This document shows, one piece after another, positions 55,443 through 64,000 of a DNA stretch of 64,000 nt (the stretch's first letter is position 1; each line of letters opens with the position of its first letter). Source of the stretch: Eledone cirrhosa. Lineage: Eukaryota. The notes beneath the pieces are model-generated. The model was not told the DNA's origin, made no database searches, and saw nothing but the letters and a program-made list of their open reading frames with translations. The position numbers and the translations under genes were made by a program. The stretch spans positions 62,062,001-62,126,000 of the forward strand of contig OZ024747.1 of the NCBI GenBank assembly GCA_964016885.1, read 5' to 3'.

Positions 55443-55478
<36 letters not shown>

Positions 55479-55649
55479 CAAGCTTCCATACAGTTTCTGA
55501 CTACCACTTTAACTTTCGTAAACAACATTTCCCAATTACAGGCACCAGTTCTAACGAGTACAAAAATTTAAGTATTTTGTCTAATTTTGTTATCAAAGTT
55601 GTTTGGCTATACAATTGTGACGTTAACCATAATAAACTACTACAACATA

Positions 55650-55925
55650 AGTTGTTCACACTCAGAGCTGCTGAAGCCTGGAACAAACTTCCTGCATCAG
55701 TTATTAGCTGCCGGGACACTGCATCCCTCAAAACTTCCATTTTTCTCGAAATTCGCCAACACCACACCTGATATTTCTCCTATGTGTGTCTGTGAGTGAG
55801 TGTGTCTGTATCATGACTGATACACTTCTCACTTTCCTGACATTTGTACATTATTCTATGTACTATACATGCACTTTTGATGAGTTGTAGTGCACCAGAG
55901 AACTGTACACAATAATTTTCATCAT
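55650..55925 (+). mobile_element. CR1-type LINE 3' end
   Basis: FTLRAAEAWNKLPASVISCRDTASLKTSI...stop at 55771, followed by the shared 3'UTR. Confidence 0.85.
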
Positions 55926-55968
55926 AATATATATCTAAAACTTTGTCAATGAATTCAACAACTACCAC

Positions 55969-55999
<31 letters not shown>

Positions 56000-56549
56000 A
56001 TAAAGTAGGTAGATGAATAAAAGTTTACAATCTGGCTACTTTTCAAAACAATATTTCTATTGCCAAGAGATTTCAGGAAATTCTAACTAATCTGATTTGG
56101 TAAAAAGTTGAAAGATTAATTATTTCCTTAATATTATTTTCTTGTCCTGCTGACAACTCTACCTGTTCATAAAAGATGAAATATTAACTGCACAGCCACT
56201 GCTTATATAGGTGAAAAAAATTGGTTATTTTCTTATGCTACTGACAACACTGGTGTATGGTGGTATGGTCCCATAACTCCTGATAGAATCATAGGGGCAC
56301 TGTATTGACATACAGCATTTCCTGGGCATTTTAAGCCTGGCGGAGCTCATCCCTCTCCAGGCCTGAGTACAGCAAATTCCTTCCAGAGAAAGATAGAAAG
56401 TGAGAGAGAGGAAATGAGAAAGAGATATAGAGGAAGAGTCCACTCCCAGTACTAGACTGGTATTTTTTTTATCGACCTCCAAAGGATGAAAGGCAAAATA
56501 CTGACATAAAAGATGAAATATCAACTGAACAGCCACTATTTATATTGAT

Positions 56550-56752
56550 AGTACGGTAGAGCATCAGACACTATGGTTAGCAGCATAGAGTTACGGCCCT
56601 TTACGGTCTGAGTTCAAATCCTGCCGAGGTTAACTTTGCCTATCATCCTTCGATAAAATAAAGCACTAGCAATACACTGGGATTGATTTAATCAACTGTC
56701 CTTTCCCTGCCCCACCCACAAATTTCTGGCCCTGTGCCTAAAGTAGAAACAA
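56550..56752 (+). mobile_element. SINE family A; other copies at 44215-44440 (+), 45515-45650 (-) and 9595-9745 (-)
   Basis: gagttcaaatcctgccgaggttaactttgcc...ggccctgtgcctaaagtagaaac. Confidence 0.8.
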
Positions 56753-57208
56753 TTATTTATATAGGTGGAAAAATTGATTATTTTCTTGTGCTACTGACAA
56801 CTCTACCAGTTCATAAAAGGTAAAATATCAACTGAACTAGTGTTTGTATAGGGGGATAAATTGGCAGAGTTGTTAGAATGTCGGATAGAATGCTTGGTGG
56901 TATTTGTCCTGATTCTGCACTCTGAGTTCAAGTCCCACCAAGATTACCTTTCAGGAAGGGAGCGAGTGAGGAAATGAGCAAAGAAACATGTGTGTGTGTG
57001 TGTGTCTGTACTTTTCCTGTAGAAGCATGTGGGTGTGTCTGTACTTTTGTGTCTTCATATTTGACATTACAAGCATAAATGGTGACATTTGTTTATGACC
57101 TGCATAAAGAGAAGTCTTGCAACTTAGCAGTATAGACATGTAGAAAAACCAGAGTTATTTACATTCCATTACAATAGATGAAATCAAGGTAAATATAAGA
57201 TAACTTAC

Positions 57209-57294
57209 CTATAGCATCCATATGCAATTAACTGATAACGATGGTTGATAGCAACACAGGTGGCATCTGTTACTTCTTTGGCCAAGATACCTCG
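57209..57294 (-). CDS. RIC1: RIC1 exon 2 (RGILAKEVTDATCVAINHRYQLIAYGCY)
   Basis: attag acceptor, gtaagt donor; human [27 protein letters not shown]. Confidence 0.95.
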
Positions 57295-57454
57295 CTAATA
57301 TGGAAGCAGACAGAAAATAAAATAAGAAAAATTCATACATATTGGAAATGGTAATTTTGACAGTCAATCACAGATATACACACAATAAAATATAAAATTT
57401 TCAAAACGGCAGATAAAAATATATTTAATAATGCGTGACTTATGTGTCACTACT

Positions 57455-57775
57455 GTACAACACACCACAATACTGTGTTACAGCCACTGTCACACCACAG
57501 TACTGTGTTACAGCTACTGTCACATCACAGTACTGAGTTACAGCCAGTCACACCACAGTACTGAGTTACAGCCACTGTGTTACAGCTAGTCACACCACAA
57601 TACTGTGTTACAGCTACTATCACACCACAATACTGTGTTACAGCTACTGTCACTCCACAGTGCTGTGTTACACCACAGTACTGTTACGGCTACTGTCACA
57701 CCACTGAGTTACAGCTGTCACACCACAGTAATGTGTTACAGCTACTGTAACACCACAGTACTGAGCTACAGCTAC
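57455..57775. repeat. 30-bp minisatellite cacaccacagtactgtgttacagctactgt
   Basis: About 10 tandem degenerate units. Confidence 0.9.
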
Positions 57776-57830
57776 ATATCTCCACTAGAGCTGATTCCTA
57801 TGTTTTCAATTCAACCTTGTCTTTACTTAC

Positions 57831-57943
57831 ATTATCAAAAGCAAATGCTGCTTTCCCCGTAGATAGCACCAGGCTGTAACCCCTTAAGAAAGGACTGTAA
57901 TCAAATTGTGTCACATAGTTGTCTCGATCTGTGGACCGCGTAC
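57831..57943 (-). CDS. RIC1: RIC1 exon 1 in window, an internal exon (TRSTDRDNYVTQFDYSPFLRGYSLVLSTGKAAFAFDN)
   Basis: tacag acceptor, gtaagt donor, phase 1 to 0; human [24 protein letters not shown]. Confidence 0.88.
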
Positions 57944-60900
57944 CTGTAATTGGAAGAAAACAAGAACTAAATTAGATTTAAAATGGTGTTAAATTAGATT
58001 TAAACTGGAGTTTAATTAAATTTATATATTTAGATTTATGATAGATATGATTAGCTTATAAATGATAGCTTTCACATTTAGAAAGCTTGAAAATTATTTA
58101 TTCTAACAAATGTATAATCCATTAGTGATACATCTGAGCATATTTGCATGCACCAAGGTGAATAATTAAAAAAATGTTTGATATTTTCTACGTTGGATGA
58201 AGTATGACAAAAACTTAAATTATGAAATTTCACACATTCCAAAAATAGAGGCCCTCCCAACATTACAGGCTTTTTTTATAAGCAGCCAAGCTCATAATTG
58301 TAAAAAAATTAGACATTAACGCTTTCATGACAGCATTTCTAATTAAATATACTTTATTTAATTAATTAATGACGATTTTCGAGAGATTTACTTAAATTAT
58401 TAATTAGGGTATCCAGCCACAGAAACCAAACCAGAAACAGTTTTGTGTGAGTAAGACATGGTCACCTGACCCAACTTGCCTCAAACAGGACAACCCGTCC
58501 AACCCATATTAGTGTGGAAAAATGGATGTTAACTGGTGATGATGATGATGATGATTTCATTACTAAGATAGTAACTTAATGTAAGGTTCTTATATAAAAT
58601 TATGTTGGAAGATTTAAATTTAAATTGGAAACTTTTAAAATGAGTGGTTTTATTTCAAAGAACCAGAGCCAGTTTTCGCCAGGTTGGTAACTAAAAGGGT
58701 TATGTTAGACAGAATGAGGCAAAATTTTAGATTACTAACAGTTAACTTTAGTAGTAAAAATGGTAACTTTTCACATATGAAAAACTGAGAATTGTAACAA
58801 ATAACCCATGCTCCATCTAACCGATACTATCATGGAAAATAGACATTAAACAATGATGATGCTGATGTAAAATCTATTAGTGACATATCTGAACATGTTG
58901 GGAGTACAACAAAGTGAAAGATCCTAAGGAATTTTGACATTTTCTAAAGTTGAATAAAAATGGTAAAAACTTCAAACATTCCAAAATTGAAGAATGTTTT
59001 CATGCTAACAAATGCACAGTGCCCTAAATGATTATTGACACAGCCATGTCAATAATTGTAAAGAAATCTGATACTAAGTTGGTTGGAAAGGAACAAAATT
59101 TTAAATTTATAACAAGTAAGTTTAGGAGTAAACATGGTGACTTCACATTTAACAACCACAGAATCATTTGTTCTAGGGGTGGGGAAACCTCAGCCTTAAG
59201 ACCACATGTGGTTTTCTGTATGACTAAGTGTGGCCTTCTGAAAGGAGCACAGAGTTTGAAGGCATAGCTTCATATTGGAGTATATTTCTGCAGGTGTTAT
59301 AAAAAAAGAAAAAAGAAAATGAAAATAAAGTATCTTTTTCAACTAATTATGACTCATAGGAAAAAATATATTATACATCCTCATTTATATTTGTATCTGG
59401 TTTAGAATAGGGACAGTGTTTCCCTGCATGTCATAAGAATTGAATAAAATGTTTAGTGTCAAAAAGGGTATCTGGCTGCAAAAAATGGCCTAAATAATTC
59501 CTGTCCAGCCCATGCCAGCATGGAAAGGTTGACAATTATGACGATGATGATAATTTTATAAAATAACTGAGGTGTAGCAAGACAATATTTGTTTGTTTTT
59601 TTGTTTTTTGTTTTTTTTAAATGGCCTCATTTGATATCAGTCAATTCTTATACAACCTTCCAGGATAGAAATGTTCCCCAACTCTGATCTATTCTAACAA
59701 ATTCCTGTCAAACCCATGCCAACCCATTTTTTATCAAAATATGACCTCATTGGGTGTCAGTCATTTTCTATACACCCTTCCAGCATAATAAATGTTCCCA
59801 AACTCTAATCTATTCTAACAAGTTTTGTTAATAGGGTGCAGCCAAAACACAGCCCCGCCCTATGCAGAGATCCCATCACTCTCTCTCCTCCTCCTCCCTC
59901 CCTTTCTTCCCTGGCCTAATAGTCCTTGCTTTTTCCCACCTTTTCTTCTCGTTTATGGCATTTATAGTCCTTTCCTCTATTTTCCCTTACAGCCAGATCT
60001 GCCCTTCTTTACCCCTTCTCCCTTCTTTTCATTACTTAATTTTATATTAATTTTCATATTTCCATCATTATAACTTCTTTTTATAAAATATAGTTGACAT
60101 AATAAAAGTTATATTTCATTAATGTAGGATGTATTAGTGACAAATCTCAACATGCTTAGATGTCAACATGTGGAGATATGCAAATAAGATGTTTGATATT
60201 TTGTAAGTTGGACGAAAATGGCTAAAATTTCACTTTTCCCTTATTTTTCAGTTTCCTGGGGTTGAGGAGTTTATAGTATCCTACTCTCGGGTCTTGAATA
60301 ACCCCTCCCCCCTATCCTGCTTATTAATTTTTCAGATTTTTTTTCAAACTCTTCTGCTTAATAAATTTCGCTAATCTATCTCCAGTGAAATTTTATTGTA
60401 AGTGATTCATATTGATACAGCAGCTGGAGAATCTAATAATTATTTTATTTTACATTAAAAAGAAACATTAGATATGACAAAAAAAGAACATTACAAGAAA
60501 TCCCAAATTTACAAATGTACACTAAATAATTACCTATGTCCCAACTCCCCGTTTATTCCACACACACACCCTTCTCCTGCTTATAAGAATTTAAGCAAAT
60601 GTCCACCCCACTCCAACCCCACTTATTCCACCACCACCACCCCTATTATTTGGGAGCCAAGAGAGCCCACCTCGTTCTCTACCTCAGCCACACAGCCCTT
60701 GATGTTCTCCCAATTCCTAAAAGCCACCCACCCATCATTGATTTCCACAATACTACTAAGTTAATAAACTATCTCTGGCTTTGCTGGTTATTTCACCAAC
60801 TTGAATTGTTTTTTACAAACAAACATAGTGTTGTTATGTAAGAGAGTGTGAAAATGAACATGTACATGTGAGAGAGAGAGTGTGTGTGTGTGTGCACACT

Positions 60901-61982
60901 TGAGAAGGCATTAGAGAGAGAGACAGAGCAGGATAAGGTGGAGGTGGTGGGCATGTAAGTGTGTGTGTGTGTGTGTGTTTGAGAGAGAGCAGGATACGCA
61001 AGGTGGTGGTGGTGGTGGTTTAAGTGGTGGGTATGTGTGAGAGAGTGAATGAGTATGTCTGTGTGTGAGAGAGAGCAGGATAATGTGGAAGTGGTGGTGG
61101 TGGTGGTGGGTATGTGTGAGAGAGTGCATGAGAGTGTGTCTGTATGAATGTGTTAGTGTATGAGTGAGAGAGAGCAGGATAATGTGATGGTGGTGGTGGG
61201 TATGTGTACCACTTGGTATATATATATATAATTATGTTTATTAGACAAAGTAATCAAGGAGTAATGAGTGTCAAATCACAAAATACACCTAAATTAATAC
61301 TGTGGTGTCTACTAGAGTAAATAAGTGGACTAATGAATGGCTGACATAGAACAGCAACAGCTGCTTCTGGGTAGTGTATGGGGCGGGGGGTAGTATGTGT
61401 GTACGGGGCGGGGGGTAGTATGTGTGTGTGTGTGGGGGGGGGCAGTGGTGTGAGGGCAATGTGTGTGGGTAGTACGTATATTGGTGTGTATATGTTGGTG
61501 TGAGTGTGGAGGTGCATGTGGGAGTGCTGAGTGTGTTTGTACCTGTATGTGTGCACGGCTATTGGGATATGTGTGTGTGTGTGTGTGTGTGGTTAATATG
61601 GTTAAATAAATAACAGTGAAAATTGCTTAAACAAATGGTAGCAATACAATTTATAAGCGGTCACTAAGAGAAAAGACAAACATGCAGTCAGATTAACACA
61701 CATACACACATTAACACACTTATAGACATATCACACATACAAACCAACAGACAGACACAGACTGACAGACAGATTGACACACACATACAGACACACACAG
61801 ATTGATACACACACACATGCACATACATACAAGCAAGCAACCACAAACAATACAAACACAGTGACACATTCATAAACAGACACACGCACACACATGCATG
61901 CATACATACATACATAAACAGAGTTACACACACATACATACATACAACCACAAACAATACATACATAAATATACATTCCCTT

Positions 61983-61987
<5 letters not shown>

Positions 61988-62062
<75 letters not shown>
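61988..62062. repeat. (GA)n microsatellite
   Basis: Seen directly. Confidence 0.95.
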
Positions 62063-62065
<3 letters not shown>

Positions 62066-63359
62066 AGATCAAAAGATAATGACAGATGACAAGACATCAA
62101 CAAAGTTCAGAGAAGATAATTAAACAGCAGGGTTTAATCACCACCACCATTACTACTGTAATCACCACCGCCATTAGTATTACTACTGTAATCACTACCA
62201 CCTCTACAACTACTTACTACCAACCCAACCACAATACTATTATAGTCACTATCACTTGTAGAATCAACACCACATCCACCACTACCATCACCACAACAAT
62301 CAACCACCACCCAACTATGTAATACAAGTGACTTCTTAACACCAACCACTTCACAGAGTGTACTGGGTGCATTTCATCAAGTTACCAGCACTACCACTTT
62401 ACAGAGTGTACTGGGTGCATTTTATCAAGTTACCAGCACTACCACTTTACAGAGTGGACTAGGTGCATTTTATCAAGTTACCAGCACTACTACTTTACAA
62501 AGAGTACAAGGTGCATTTTATTATGACAACAGCAGTACCACTTTACAGAGTGTACGAGGTGCATTTTATCATGGTACCATACATTCTGCTGAGTTTTTAT
62601 GACTGCTGGATGCCCTTCCTAACACCAACCATGTTTACAGCGTAGTGCCGGATGGTTACATTATGAGAAGAGTTTGGCCAGTTGGCCGCACCGTACCTTG
62701 CTCATAGCAGAACCATATTTTGGGAAGGGAAGAAAGATAAATGAAGTGAAGGTACAAACAAACATAACCAACTTTCTTACAATTTCCATTTACTGAATTC
62801 ACAGAAAAGGCATTGGCAGGCTATAGTAGAAAACACTTGTTCCAGGTGCCACATGATGGGAGAGAACCTATGACCATGTGGTTGCATAATAAATATCTTA
62901 ATTACACAGCCATTATATATTTGTGTAATGTGTATGAAATTTTGTTACATTTAACTGGGTTAGTTATATAGGTAGATAAAAAGTGTGTGTGTGTGAGAGA
63001 GTGAGAGAGAGTGTGTATGTGAGAATGTGTGTGTACGTGAGAGAAAAAGAGTCTGTACGTGAGAGAGAGTGTGTGTATATGAGAGAGTGAGTGAGAGTGT
63101 GTGTGTGCGTGAGAAAAAGAGTGTGTATGTGAGACAGAAAGTTTGTGTGCGCATGTGCATGCATATGCATGTGTGCATGTATGCACCTGAAGGAAACTGC
63201 AGAATATATTGATCTGAATAGTATAAATGAAAAGAGTAAAGATAAAAATCAATAGCCTGATCAATGCATTCTGTCGTATTATAGTAACTCAATTACAAAG
63301 ATATTCACTTCAACTGAAAGTATTTTAAAGAACCACAGGGAAAGTATTTTAACACTTCT

Positions 63360-63661
63360 GAAAGACACAGTCTATGGTTTTAACATTTATGTTACAACAT
63401 TTCTTATGAAAGACACAGTCTATGGTTTTAACATTTATGTTACGACATTTCTTATGAAAGACAGTCTATGGTTTTAACATTTATGTTACGACATTTCTTA
63501 TGAAAGACACAGTCTATGGTTTTAACATTTATGTTACAACATTTCTTATGAAAGACACAGTCTATGGTTTTAACACTTATGTTACCATATTTCTTATGAA
63601 AGACACAGTCTATGGTTTTAACATTTATGTTACCATATTTCTTCTGAAAGACACAGTCTAT
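63360..63661. repeat. 48-bp minisatellite gaaagacacagtctatggttttaacatttatgttacaacatttcttat, about 6 units
   Basis: Near-identical tandem units. Confidence 0.95.
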
Positions 63662-63798
63662 CATCATCATCATTAATATAATAAAATGTAGTTTGCCTGA
63701 AGCATTTTATGTAATATATAATGTGGAAAGTGATATATGTAAGAAGGCTGAAACAATGCAAAATGGATGGTAAGATGAAGGTAACGAAAAAGTTAGAT

Positions 63799-64000
63799 AC
63801 CTGGTAATCTTTGTTTTTTATTGTCTCTTTCGTCCTAATATTTCAGGACTTAAAATTCCCTTTGTCAGAGTATAGGGAACTCTCAGCGAATAGAACAGAA
63901 CCTTTTTCTCTGACAATTCCCCATACTCCGTCAAAGGGAATTTTAAGTCCTGAAATATTAGGACGAAAAAAAAAAAAGCAAAAAACAAACATTACTAGGT
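63799..64000. repeat. Palindromic element (arms about 63799-63886/63906-64000), may extend past the window
   Basis: tttcgtcctaatatttcaggacttaaaattccctttg is mirrored by caaagggaattttaagtcctgaaatattaggacgaaa. Confidence 0.85.

Noticed and set aside
57816-57830. Alternative in-frame donor adding VSKDK to exon 1
   Set aside because: AAG/gttgaa is much weaker than the gtaagt donor; there is no evidence without RNA.
63360-63673. 48-bp repeats as a CRISPR array or Cys/His repeat protein
   Set aside because: Head-to-tail units with no unique spacers, eukaryotic context, and one unit breaks frame.
57946-64000. Further upstream RIC1 exons
   Set aside because: No segment with recognisable RIC1 similarity and proper splice sites was found; short ORFs here are low complexity.

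Overview
AT-rich, repeat-dense animal genomic DNA. The SINE/RTE/(TA)n landscape resembles octopod cephalopods, which is an inference. The only host gene I can support is RIC1 (RAB6A GEF complex partner, KIAA1432 family) on the minus strand. Sixteen phase-consistent GT-AG exons from 57943 down to 4680 join into 1837 nt (611 full codons), and both gene ends lie outside the window. The introns hold about 14 kb of compound (TA/CA)n microsatellite studded with 5'-truncated RTE LINE copies, one with a near-intact RT carrying a PHD finger. They also hold R4/Dong, CR1, Rex3-like and mariner relics, tRNA-derived SINEs, piggyBac-, hAT- and TA-type MITEs, a Helitron and several minisatellites. The most notable unexplained signal is a set of short, mostly palindromic elements, usually next to (TA)n, that carry type I minimal hammerhead ribozyme motifs (CTGATGA...GAAA + short or palindromic stem III + NUH). 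They sit at about 6.8, 32.1-32.9, 36.3, 43.0, 44.85, 55.3 and 63.85 kb and look like Penelope- or retrozyme-related elements. Several read in the sense of the RIC1 pre-mRNA. Nearly all long ORFs in the supplied track are microsatellite artefacts.
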